From Cyanobacteriota bacterium (GTDB lineage: Bacteria > Cyanobacteriota > Cyanobacteriia > Thermostichales > Thermostichaceae): 64,000 nucleotides of DNA. Shown here one piece after another: positions 28,569 to 37,855 of this stretch. The number at the start of each line of letters is the position of its first letter. Position 1 is the first letter of the stretch. The notes beneath the pieces are model-generated. The model saw nothing but the letters and a program-made list of their open reading frames with translations. It was not told the origin of the DNA and ran no database searches. The stretch is from assembly GCA_033764955.1 (NCBI GenBank), contig JANRIL010000010.1, positions 27,754 to 91,753 of the forward strand, written 5' to 3'. Both the position numbers and the translations under genes were made by a program.

Positions 28569-29633
28569 TTAAGGCTCAATGCTTTCTCGATAGGGGGCAG
28601 GGGGGTGGAGCAGGCCAACCAGCAGACTCGCCACCCCTGCTATCAACAGCCCAAATAGTACAGACAGAGCTGACGCATAACCCAGATCAAAAAACACCAG
28701 CCCGACCTTAAAAATGTAGTGGTGCAAAACCTCCGTAGCATTGCCGGGTCCGCCGCCTGTGATCAGCAAAACGGGTTCAAAAACCTTAAACGCTTCGAGG
28801 GTTCGCAGCAGGATCACCCAATCCAGGAGGGGTCTTAATAAAGGGAGGGAAACCCCCAGAAAGATCTGGCAGTCGTTGGCACCCTCCAACTGAGCCGCTT
28901 CTAAAAGGTGGAGATCCTGACGGCTCAATCCCGCCCACATCGTGATGGCTACCAGAGGGGTCCATTGCCAGATATCTACCACCAGCAGAGCCAGTAGAGC
29001 GGTTGAGGGTTCGGCGGTTAACCCCTGCCCAATCGGGATCCCTACGGGGCGCAAGGCCAGGGAAAGCAACCCCAGGTCAGGATGATAAAACAGTTTCCAG
29101 ATAAGTGCTGTCACCACCGATGACACCAGCAACGGGGAGAGCAGCAAAGCCCGCAGCCAGCGCATTCCCCAAAGATTGTGGTGGAGCAGCCACCCCAACC
29201 CCAGTCCCAAGCTGATTTCAAGGGGAACCGCCGTAATCACCCAGATCAAGCTATTGAGGGTAGCCCGTCCCCAGGAGGGATCCCGCCATGCCTGTTGATA
29301 ATAGGTTAACCCCACCCATGTCAGGGTATTGGCCTCCTCCCCCCAGCCGGAACGAACCACGGCCTGCACCATCGGATATAGCCCAAACAGGCCAATCCAC
29401 AATCCGGCGGGCAAAACCCAGCCCCACCATTTCTTCAGATGTGCCCAATCCTTAGCAAGCGCCACCGAAATATCTAGAAATTCTAAAAATGAAGAACAAC
29501 CACCTGAGGCCGAATCCGTTGCCATCGATTGCAGCCATCGCCACCAGCTTATGAGAACAGACCCAGTCCATGCCACCCCAGCTATCATGGGCTTTTTCCC
29601 CCTCTCCCCACAAAACCACGGCAACAACTCCAC
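28569..29633 (-). CDS. Carbohydrate ABC transporter permease (start uncertain)
   Basis: DIWQWTP, EAA loop (LLEAAQLEGA) and TGGGPGNAT. Confidence 0.88.
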   Translation of the reverse strand: MELLPWFCGERGKKPMIAGVAWTGSVLISWWRWLQSMATDSASGGCSSFLEFLDISVALAKDWAHLKKWWGWVLPAGLWIGLFGLYPMVQAVVRSGWGEEANTLTWVGLTYYQQAWRDPSWGRATLNSLIWVITAVPLEISLGLGLGWLLHHNLWGMRWLRALLLSPLLVSSVVTALIWKLFYHPDLGLLSLALRPVGIPIGQGLTAEPSTALLALLVVDIWQWTPLVAITMWAGLSRQDLHLLEAAQLEGANDCQIFLGVSLPLLRPLLDWVILLRTLEAFKVFEPVLLITGGGPGNATEVLHHYIFKVGLVFFDLGYASALSVLFGLLIAGVASLLVGLLHPPAPYRESIEP

Positions 29634-29756
29634 AGGGATCCCGGCCAGGATGGCTAATTTTTACGAGACTTTTTCAGCATCCGTGCCACTAGGTTGGATA
29701 CTAAGACAGGGGAGGTTGCTCCCCGGTGATTGAGCGAGTAGGAGATCAATAAAGTT

Positions 29757-30242
29757 TTGGATGCCGCTGATTGGAAGGAAATCCAGCAACTTGTCACTAC
29801 CCTGGAGCAAACCAGTGTGGTGGAATTAACTCTCGAAATCAAAGAGTTTCGTTTGGCTATCCGGCGAGATAGTGGTGCGGTCAGGGATCCCTTGCCGATG
29901 CCGGTTCCCCCGCCTGTTGTCAGCGTTACTCCCACCCCCCCACCCGTTGAGGCCGCTTCCGTGCCTCCTACCCGCAAACCCGCCGCTCCCCCCACCCATT
30001 GGATGGAGGTAACAGCCCCGATGGTGGGAACCTTTTATAGTGCACCCGCCCCCGGGGAACCGGATTTTGTCAAGGTGGGAGATCGGGTACAAAAGGGGCA
30101 AACCCTCTGCATCATTGAGGCGATGAAGTTAATGAATGAGCTAGAAGCCGAAACCTCCGGTCGCATTACGGAAATTTTGGTTACTAACAGTCAATCGGTA
30201 GAATTTGGTCAACCATTAATCCGCATCGATCCAACGGGCTAG
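29757..30242 (+). CDS. accB: Biotin carboxyl carrier protein of acetyl-CoA carboxylase
   Basis: APMVGTFY, biotinylation motif EAMKLMNE, Pro/Ala linker. Confidence 0.97.
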   Translation: MDAADWKEIQQLVTTLEQTSVVELTLEIKEFRLAIRRDSGAVRDPLPMPVPPPVVSVTPTPPPVEAASVPPTRKPAAPPTHWMEVTAPMVGTFYSAPAPGEPDFVKVGDRVQKGQTLCIIEAMKLMNELEAETSGRITEILVTNSQSVEFGQPLIRIDPTG

Positions 30243-30329
30243 TCAGGTAGTGGCGGTTGAACCCAAGCACGACCTTTGGTGGGAGGCTATCGCTAGCTAG
30301 GTTCCCCAACCAGTCAGAGCCTAAACCCG

Positions 30330-30548
30330 TCAATCAATAGCAATAGACTGAGGCCCCGCAGCTCCAGAGGAAGTGGGCGAGGATTGGATCCCTTGCTCTT
30401 CCAGCCAGCTTTTGAAGGGTTCTTGAGTCAGATCCAGACGCAGGATCCCGGCTAAGAATCCCCCACAAAACGGGATCGGATTTTGCAAAAACTCGGTCAT
30501 CACTTGGTTGGCATTCATAACCGTCAAACGTCCCAAAATAAGAGGCAT
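30330..30548 (-). CDS. Conserved small cyanobacterial hypothetical protein
   Basis: EFLQNPIPFCGGFLAGILRLDL.QEP.KSWL...GPQSIAID. Confidence 0.7.
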   Translation of the reverse strand: MPLILGRLTVMNANQVMTEFLQNPIPFCGGFLAGILRLDLTQEPFKSWLEEQGIQSSPTSSGAAGPQSIAID

Positions 30549-30634
30549 GGGTTGATCCTAGCAAGCTTGTCAGCAAGGGCTAGGGATCCCCTCTGGGTTT
30601 GTGCTGACGCAGGCTGCTTTTCTTGCTTTTCTGG

Positions 30635-31252
30635 CTAGGGAGGGGGAGAAGCGGTGCCTAGCACCTGACCCAAAAGGTTTTCAGCTTTTTCTGGGGATTC
30701 TTCCGCAATTGTGGTGGGGGGAGTGACTAGCCGCACTTGAATGTGGGTGGGAGGAACCAGATTAAATTTTTCTTTGGTGAGCGCCTCCTGTTGCAGGGGA
30801 TCCATGCTGCGATCCAGGGTTTCTTGCAAGCGGGAAACCCGCGAGTTCATGACGCTCACCTGCTCCTCCAGCAACTGCAGGCGATTGTGTTGAGCCAGTT
30901 GCACCGGCAGGAGGCGGGACAACCCATGCACGGCTCCCACCATCAAAACGATATTCACCCCAATCATGGTGACGGTTTCTAGGCAAAGGGTTTGGCAACG
31001 GCGGCGGCGAATGCTAGGACGACCGTAAGGAGGAGGGATGGAGGGACGAGCCGCCGGCACCGCCGCGGGAATAACCGTTGCCTTTACCTCCACAACCGGA
31101 TCTCCCATCCGAGCCACGAGGGGGCGAGCAAAGGGATCCCAATGGGGATCCACTTCTGCCCGTTTCAGAGGGGGCAAAACAACCCTAGTCTGACGGTGAA
31201 GTCGAGAGGAGTAACGAGTTTGCGAGTTGGCTGGATCATCAATCTTAGGCAT
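30635..31252 (-). CDS. FtsB/FtsL-like septum formation initiator (Slr1601-like)
   Basis: Basic stretch, one TM helix, coiled coil, then DP.QQ...KEKFNLV.P. Confidence 0.6.
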   Translation of the reverse strand: MPKIDDPANSQTRYSSRLHRQTRVVLPPLKRAEVDPHWDPFARPLVARMGDPVVEVKATVIPAAVPAARPSIPPPYGRPSIRRRRCQTLCLETVTMIGVNIVLMVGAVHGLSRLLPVQLAQHNRLQLLEEQVSVMNSRVSRLQETLDRSMDPLQQEALTKEKFNLVPPTHIQVRLVTPPTTIAEESPEKAENLLGQVLGTASPPP

Positions 31253-32017
31253 TCTCCACCACACCCTCAATAACAAAGAACCCCACTCAGGCGGCGTCAA
31301 TACTGACAGAGCGCAGATTACGGGGGGAAAAACGCCACCCATAATGCGGAAATCAGCAGCTACAGGCCCTATTGAAGCCGATTTTGCCTCGACTGTCAGG
31401 TTATGTCAGCAAAATTTTCTAGATTTTTGGGAACTCTCCTGCTGGCAAGGGGGAAACCGTCAGTTCAACACAGCCAAAAAAGGGATCCCGTTGAGGGATC
31501 CCAGAGGATGAGATTTGATGATGGGGGAAGACCGAAACCCTCTCCCAGGTGGATTTAGCGTTAGGAACGAGCCAGAGCGGATCCCAGCAAGAGAGCCAAA
31601 AACGCAGGAACCAAGGCCAGACCTAAAATCGTAAAAATCTGCACTTCTGACAAAGCCATAGCAAACTCCTAAAAAATGGTGCAATCGGCATCAAGGCAAC
31701 CGTTTCCCTACACTTTACTGTGCTTGGTTCCCCAGCATAGCGGCCTGCCCTCAAACCTCAAGAGAACTTTACAAAACCTCGTTACCCGCTCAGGCGGGAT
31801 CCGCTCAGGGGGGGTGGTCAAGGGGTGGACTATCCTGCAAAAGACCGCCAAGGATGCCCCGCCGCCATGACGCTCCGTTGCTAGGGGGTGCAAGGGCGGG
31901 ATCCCTCCCAGCTAAGTCAACCTCGCCGGATCCCTATGGTAGTCGTGTTAGCATATCGAAGCATTATCTTATGCTAAGTATTTCCGTCATTTGTCACTCT
32001 ATGTGAGGCTGTTGTTT

Positions 32018-33355
32018 GTGGTCAGCAAAACCTCTTCTCCCCTTACCCAACTGGATATTTTGGCGGAGACGGATCCCGCCATCTTTGACCTGATTGCTCA
32101 AGAACTGGGTCGTCAACGGGATCATTTAGAACTGATCGCCAGCGAAAACTTTACGTCAGCCGCCGTTTTGGCCGCCCAGGGATCCGTCCTCACCAATAAA
32201 TATGCAGAAGGACTCCCCGGCAAGCGCTACTACGGGGGCTGCGAATTTGTTGATCGTATTGAGCAGTTGGCGATTGATCGAGCGAAGCAACTGTTCGGAG
32301 CTGCCAGCGCCAACGTGCAACCCCATTCCGGTGCCCAAGCTAATTTTGCTGTCTTTCTGGCGCTGCTCCAGCCCGGTGACACCATCATGGGCATGGATCT
32401 TTCCCATGGGGGACACCTCACCCACGGATCCCCCGTGAACGTGTCGGGCAAGTGGTTTAACGTAGTGCATTATGGCGTTAACCCCCAAACAGAACGGCTC
32501 GACTTCGACCGGATTCGGGATTTGGCTCTTCAGCACCGCCCCCAGATGATCATCTGCGGCTATTCTGCCTATCCCCGCCTCATCGACTTTGCGGCCTTCC
32601 GCCAGATTGCCGACGAGGTGGGAGCCTATCTGCTGGCGGATATTGCTCATATCGCTGGATTGGTTGCCAGCGGACACCACCCCAATCCCTTGCCGATTTG
32701 CGATGTCGTCACCACCACCACCCACAAAACCCTACGGGGGCCACGGGGGGGCATGATTCTCTCGCGGGATCCTGAGATGGGCAAAAAGCTGGATAAAGCC
32801 GTTTTCCCCGGATGCCAAGGGGGACCCCTGGAGCATGTGATTGCTGGCAAAGCGGTTGCCCTGGCGGAGGCCCTCAAACCCAGTTTCTCCAGTTATTCGG
32901 CGCAGGTGATCGCCAACGCCCAAGCCCTTGCCCAACGCCTCGATCAACGGGGCATTCGTTTGGTCTCAGGTGGCACCGATAATCACTTACTGCTGCTGGA
33001 TCTACGCTCCGTTTCGGCTCAACTGGCGACGGCGGGGGCGCTCAATCCGGTGATGACCGGAAAGCGAGCCGATCAACTCATGGATCAGATTCACCTGACC
33101 ACCAACAAAAACACGATTCCCTTTGACCCCGAATCTCCCTTTGTCACCAGTGGTCTGCGCCTGGGATCCCCTGCCCTCACCACCCGTGGCATGAGCGAGT
33201 TGGAGTTTCGCCAGATTGGCGATATCATTGCTGATTGTTTGCTGCATCCTGAAGATGAGCAAGTTTTGGCAGATTGTCGGCAACGCGCCCTAGATCTTTG
33301 TCGGCAGTTTCCTCTCTATCCCCACTTGTTGATGCAGCGACCCGCCCTGGTTTAG
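32018..33355 (+). CDS. glyA: Serine hydroxymethyltransferase
   Basis: LIASENF, NKYAEG and the PLP lysine motif [14 protein letters not shown]. Confidence 0.98.
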   Translation: MVSKTSSPLTQLDILAETDPAIFDLIAQELGRQRDHLELIASENFTSAAVLAAQGSVLTNKYAEGLPGKRYYGGCEFVDRIEQLAIDRAKQLFGAASANVQPHSGAQANFAVFLALLQPGDTIMGMDLSHGGHLTHGSPVNVSGKWFNVVHYGVNPQTERLDFDRIRDLALQHRPQMIICGYSAYPRLIDFAAFRQIADEVGAYLLADIAHIAGLVASGHHPNPLPICDVVTTTTHKTLRGPRGGMILSRDPEMGKKLDKAVFPGCQGGPLEHVIAGKAVALAEALKPSFSSYSAQVIANAQALAQRLDQRGIRLVSGGTDNHLLLLDLRSVSAQLATAGALNPVMTGKRADQLMDQIHLTTNKNTIPFDPESPFVTSGLRLGSPALTTRGMSELEFRQIGDIIADCLLHPEDEQVLADCRQRALDLCRQFPLYPHLLMQRPALV

Positions 33356-33364
33356 AGAATTCGC

Positions 33365-34459
33365 ATGACCTACCTGGTCGCTTTTCTGGCTGCTGCCTGC
33401 GTGGTTCTGTGGGCAACCCCGACGGTCAAGGCCGTTGGACTACGCAGTGGTCAGGTGGATCTGCCGGATGAGCGGAAAGTGCATAGCCAGCCGATGGTGC
33501 GGTTGGGAGGCGTGTCTATTTTCTCCGGCAACTTGGTGGCGCTCTTGCTGCTCTGGGGAACGGGGGCGTTTGGGGGATTGCAGACGGATCAAGAATACGA
33601 GATCTGGGGCGTCACGGTTGGCGGACTGCTGTTTTTTTTGATTGGGCTGGCGGATGATCTGTTTCATCTCTCGGCATGGCGGCGCTTGGTCATGCAGTTT
33701 GTCGTCGCCACAGCCGCTTGGGGGGTAGGGGTAAGAATTGAATTTATCAGCTTGCCCCTCTGGGGGGTGCATGTCTTTCCTTGGTGGCTCAGCCTGCTTT
33801 TGACCCTACTGTGGTTGGTGGGGATGGCTAATGCCATCAATTGGATGGATGGCTTGGATGGCCTCGCGGCTGGGGTATCGGGGATTGCGGCGGTGGTGAT
33901 GTTGATTGTCACCCTCCTGGTGGATCGTCCGGCAGCGGCGATGATTGCGGCGGCATTGGCGGGGGGATCCCTGGGGTTCTTGCGCTACAACTTTAATCCC
34001 GCCCAAATTTTTATGGGGGATGGCGGGGCTTACTTTTTGGGCTTTACGCTGGCGGGGATCGGGGTGATTGGCGTAGCCAAAGTGGTAACGACGCTGGCGG
34101 TATTTTTGCCCTTCTGCATTTTGGCGGTGCCGATCCTCGACATGTCAACGGTGATTGTGGAGCGGGTGCGGCAGGGGAAATCCCCCTTTCATCCCGACAA
34201 ACGCCACCTCCACCATCGCTTACTCAAGGCGGGTTTATCTCAGCGCCACTCCGTGCTGGTCATTTATGTGTTGACTCTGTGGGGAGGCTGCTTGGCGCTG
34301 GCCTTGGTGGGACTGCCGGCGGGAGGAACCTATCTGGCGGGAGCCTCGATATTGATGGCAGTGGTGGGATGGGGAGTTTGGCAGCGGCGCAAACAGTTTC
34401 AGCAGGAGCAACAACGCTTGCCGATGCCCCCCTCCTCTCCTCCCGCGGAGGGAAAGTGA
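33365..34459 (+). CDS. WecA/MraY-like glycosyltransferase family 4 (polyprenyl-phosphate GlcNAc-1-P transferase)
   Basis: GLADD, NAINWMDGLDGLA, IFMGDGGA and DKRHLHHRL. Confidence 0.92.
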   Translation: MTYLVAFLAAACVVLWATPTVKAVGLRSGQVDLPDERKVHSQPMVRLGGVSIFSGNLVALLLLWGTGAFGGLQTDQEYEIWGVTVGGLLFFLIGLADDLFHLSAWRRLVMQFVVATAAWGVGVRIEFISLPLWGVHVFPWWLSLLLTLLWLVGMANAINWMDGLDGLAAGVSGIAAVVMLIVTLLVDRPAAAMIAAALAGGSLGFLRYNFNPAQIFMGDGGAYFLGFTLAGIGVIGVAKVVTTLAVFLPFCILAVPILDMSTVIVERVRQGKSPFHPDKRHLHHRLLKAGLSQRHSVLVIYVLTLWGGCLALALVGLPAGGTYLAGASILMAVVGWGVWQRRKQFQQEQQRLPMPPSSPPAEGK

Positions 34460-35067
34460 TGCCCAAATTGCCCCCCAAAGACTACATCGCCTCGGTGGAG
34501 TTTCCCAACAGCATTAGTCTGCAACCGATTGGCATTGTGCATTCCCCCTATAAAGAGCGGCATGGCACGCCTCGGCAAGCCCGTCTGCGGGCAGCCCCCA
34601 GCGATTATCAGCCAGTAACCGCCTCTATCGAACTGTTTGCCCCCCATGTGCCTGTGATCGCTGTCCAGGATTTGCAGGAATTTGAGCATATCTGGGTAAT
34701 CTCCTGGCTGCACCTCAACCAACATTGGAACCCCACCGTGCGGATCCCACGCCAACCCAGCTTGAGGAGGGGAACCCTAGCCACCCGTGCCCCCCATCGC
34801 CCCAACCCGATTGGCTTGAGTGCCGTCAAACTGTTGAGGGTGAATGGCTTATGCCTAGAAGTGGCGGGCATAGACTTGCTGGATCAAACACCCGTCTTGG
34901 ATATTAAGCCCTATATTCCCTACTGTGATGCCCTGCCAGACAGTCATTGTGGCTATGTGCAGCAGTTAGAATTTGCCGATCAATACGAACCGGATATCCT
35001 GGGTCAGCCCGCCTCCCAACCGTTCCCTAAGCCACGGGATCCCTTAACGGATGGGGCTGAGGATTGA
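34459..35067 (+). CDS. trmO: tRNA t6A37 N6-methyltransferase (TsaA/TrmO)
   Basis: PIGIVHSPY, GTPRQ, ATRAPHRPNPIGLS and DLLDQTPVLDIKPY. Confidence 0.9.
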   Translation: MPKLPPKDYIASVEFPNSISLQPIGIVHSPYKERHGTPRQARLRAAPSDYQPVTASIELFAPHVPVIAVQDLQEFEHIWVISWLHLNQHWNPTVRIPRQPSLRRGTLATRAPHRPNPIGLSAVKLLRVNGLCLEVAGIDLLDQTPVLDIKPYIPYCDALPDSHCGYVQQLEFADQYEPDILGQPASQPFPKPRDPLTDGAED

Positions 35068-35126
35068 GGGAGAAGGATTATGTTGTATCATCCTAAAACA
35101 CTTTTGATGAGCGAAGGATCCGGCTG

Positions 35127-35546
35127 ATGTTTGAGGAGTTTAAGAAGTTTATCCTGCGCGGCAATGTTGTCGATCTGGCGATCGCTGTGATCATGGGCGC
35201 AGCTTTTGGCGGGATTGTCAATTCCCTTGTCAATGACGTGATCATGCCCCCCATCGGACTGATTACCGGACGGGTAAACTTTAGCGATCTCTATATCAAT
35301 CTCTCAGGAGCAAGCTATGAATCTCTAGATGCGGCGGTAAAAGCTGGCGCACCCGTTATTAAATATGGGGTGTTTTTGAATGCGGTGATTAACTTTTTGA
35401 TCGTTTCTTTTGCCGTATTCATGTTGGTGCGCTTAGTCAACCAACTGCAAAAACCCAAAGCGGCTGACCCCCCCGCCCTCCCCACCCCCTCCCGCCAAGA
35501 GGAATTGCTGACCGAAATTCGGGATCTGTTGCGGGAGCGTCGCTGA
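35127..35546 (+). CDS. mscL: Large-conductance mechanosensitive channel
   Basis: EFKKFILRGNVVDLAIAV and LLTEIRDLL. Confidence 0.97.
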   Translation: MFEEFKKFILRGNVVDLAIAVIMGAAFGGIVNSLVNDVIMPPIGLITGRVNFSDLYINLSGASYESLDAAVKAGAPVIKYGVFLNAVINFLIVSFAVFMLVRLVNQLQKPKAADPPALPTPSRQEELLTEIRDLLRERR

Positions 35547-35640
35547 AGTAACTCAGGCGCTGATTTTCAGATCCTTCTCAGCACCCGTTCAGCCCAATCT
35601 GGCTATGATTGGAGCCTATCGACTTGCGGAGGGATCCCTG

Positions 35641-36714
35641 ATGCTGCTTTTGGATCGGCTGCATATTGAAGTCACCAACGTCTGTAACTTTAAGTGTGAG
35701 TTCTGCCCGGATGCCATTATGAAGCGGCGGCGGGGTCACATGGATCCAGACTTGTTGGCAAATCTTCTCGATCAAGTGGCCGCCGATCACTTAGCTCGCA
35801 TCGTTACCTTCCACCTGATGGGAGAACCCCTCCTTTATCCCCACATTTTTCGAGGGATGGCGATGGCGGTAGCACGAGGGATCCCGTTGCACTTGACTAC
35901 CAACGGCAGCACCTTTGCCCTCAAGCCCAATCAGATTGAGCAATTAGTGGCGGTCGGCATCCCCAAAGTCACCATTTCTCTACAAACCCCCGACGCTGAA
36001 ACCTTCCAGATTCGAGGTGCTCCCCCCCACCTCACCCCAGAAGCCTATTTCGCTGGCATCCGTCGCTATGTGCAGGCACATCTTGACCGCGACACCCCCA
36101 CTCAGGTTCACCTCAAGTTTCTAGATACCACCCCCCACCCGTTTCTCGTTCCCCACAAGCGGCTGTCGGTGATCGACGAGGGATCCACGATGCAGGCTCA
36201 GCTTTGGCAATGGGCGAGTGCTATTTTTCAAGACAGACCGGGATCCCCCTCCCCCGATTGGCTACGCCAACAGATCCAACAGCATCGTCCGGGACGCTGG
36301 CAATTGATCCATCTGCATCCCCGCCTTTGTCTAGAGACCTTCCCCCTGGATAGTTGGGGAAATGTTGAGGCCGATCAGGTCTATCCGGCTGGGTTTGGCT
36401 ACTGTAATGGGGCGGCTCAACAGGCGGGGATCCTCTACGATGGCACGGTGGTTCCCTGCTGCAAAGATTATGAAGGGCGGATCCCTTTGGGGCATCTGCG
36501 GGAAAAACCGCTACGGGACATTCTGGCGGATCAGCCCGCTTGTCAGTTGCGTCAGGGGTTTGACCGCTTTCAGGTTAACCATCCCGTCTGTCAACAATGT
36601 ATCGGGGCTGACAGTCCCCGTAAAACCCTGCTCCGTCAGGTGGGATCCGTTGCCTACTTCAAGGCTTATCGTCCCTTCATGCAACGGTGGGTGAAGGGGT
36701 GGGGGGAAGTCTAA
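35641..36714 (+). CDS. Radical SAM protein with SPASM/twitch domain
   Basis: CNFKCEFC, MGEPLLYP, LTTNG; C-terminal C..G...GTVVPCC and CQQC. Confidence 0.9.
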   Translation: MLLLDRLHIEVTNVCNFKCEFCPDAIMKRRRGHMDPDLLANLLDQVAADHLARIVTFHLMGEPLLYPHIFRGMAMAVARGIPLHLTTNGSTFALKPNQIEQLVAVGIPKVTISLQTPDAETFQIRGAPPHLTPEAYFAGIRRYVQAHLDRDTPTQVHLKFLDTTPHPFLVPHKRLSVIDEGSTMQAQLWQWASAIFQDRPGSPSPDWLRQQIQQHRPGRWQLIHLHPRLCLETFPLDSWGNVEADQVYPAGFGYCNGAAQQAGILYDGTVVPCCKDYEGRIPLGHLREKPLRDILADQPACQLRQGFDRFQVNHPVCQQCIGADSPRKTLLRQVGSVAYFKAYRPFMQRWVKGWGEV

Positions 36715-36781
36715 AGGAAGGGATCCCTACTGCTTGGAGATGGCTGAAGCTAGAGTGGAAGAGTTCCTCAATAGACGCGCC

Positions 36782-37852
36782 ATGGATTTAGCCATTGAAG
36801 TCCCCAAGCGGGGGTTGCCTGTCACCATCATTACGGGCTTTTTAGGTAGCGGCAAAACCACCTTGCTCAACCACATTCTAAACAACCAGCAGGGCATGAA
36901 AACGGCTGTGCTGGTCAATGAATTTGGGGAGATCAACATTGACTCAGAGTTGATTGTCTCCTCCGAAGAAGACATGGTGGAACTGAGCAATGGCTGTATG
37001 TGCTGCACGGTCAGGGATGATATCGCCAGTAGTGTCATCTCCCTCCTGGAGCGCTCTCCCCATCTCGATTATCTTGTTGTTGAAACCACGGGTCTGGCGG
37101 ATCCGTTGCCCGTTGCCTTAACCTTTTTGGGGCCAGAACTGCGGGATCTGACCCGGCTTGACTCGATTGTCACCACCGTTGATGCGGCTAACTTTGCGCC
37201 GGATCTGTTTAATAGCGAGATTGCCTACAGTCAAATTGCCTATGGGGATGTAGTGCTACTTAACAAAACCGATCTCGTCACCCCAGAAGAGCTAGAGCGC
37301 CTAGAAGCCCGCATCTTGGATATCAAAGAGGGAGCCAGGATCCTCAAAACCGTTAATAGCCAAGTGGATCTGGCGTTGATCCTGGATACAGATTTGTTTC
37401 AAGCCGAATCGTTGAACCCAACAGCGGCGGAAGCGCATGATCATCACGACCACGATCACCATGATCATGATCATCACGACCACAGTCACCATGATCATGC
37501 CCATCACGATCACCACCATGACCACAGCCATCATATTGAAAATGACGGCTTTAACTCCGTAGCTTTTGAAAGTACCTCCCCTTTCGGACTGGAACCGTTT
37601 CAAGATTTTCTCAACAATCTGCCGGAGAATATTTTTCGAGCCAAAGGGCTATTGTGGTTTGCCGAAAGCCCAGAACGGCATATTTTTCACTTGAGTGGGC
37701 GGCGCTATACCCTCAACAGTGATCAGTGGCCAGGAAAGCCAAAAAATCAACTGGTTTTGATTGGGCAACACCTAGATACTCAGGCGCTGCGGCAGCAGTT
37801 GGAAGCTTGTGTTCGCCAACCCATCACCCGCGGCAAAGGGTTTAAGCGTTAG
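36782..37852 (+). CDS. CobW / COG0523 metallochaperone GTPase
   Basis: TGFLGSGKTT, NEFGE, GCMCC, ETTGLADP, NKTD; His-rich insert. Confidence 0.93.
   Translation: MDLAIEVPKRGLPVTIITGFLGSGKTTLLNHILNNQQGMKTAVLVNEFGEINIDSELIVSSEEDMVELSNGCMCCTVRDDIASSVISLLERSPHLDYLVVETTGLADPLPVALTFLGPELRDLTRLDSIVTTVDAANFAPDLFNSEIAYSQIAYGDVVLLNKTDLVTPEELERLEARILDIKEGARILKTVNSQVDLALILDTDLFQAESLNPTAAEAHDHHDHDHHDHDHHDHSHHDHAHHDHHHDHSHHIENDGFNSVAFESTSPFGLEPFQDFLNNLPENIFRAKGLLWFAESPERHIFHLSGRRYTLNSDQWPGKPKNQLVLIGQHLDTQALRQQLEACVRQPITRGKGFKR
37436..37535 (+). repeat. His/Asp-coding low-complexity tract within the COG0523 gene
   Basis: CATGATCATCACGAC-type repeats encoding HDHHDHDHHDH... Confidence 0.85.
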
Positions 37853-37855
37853 GCG

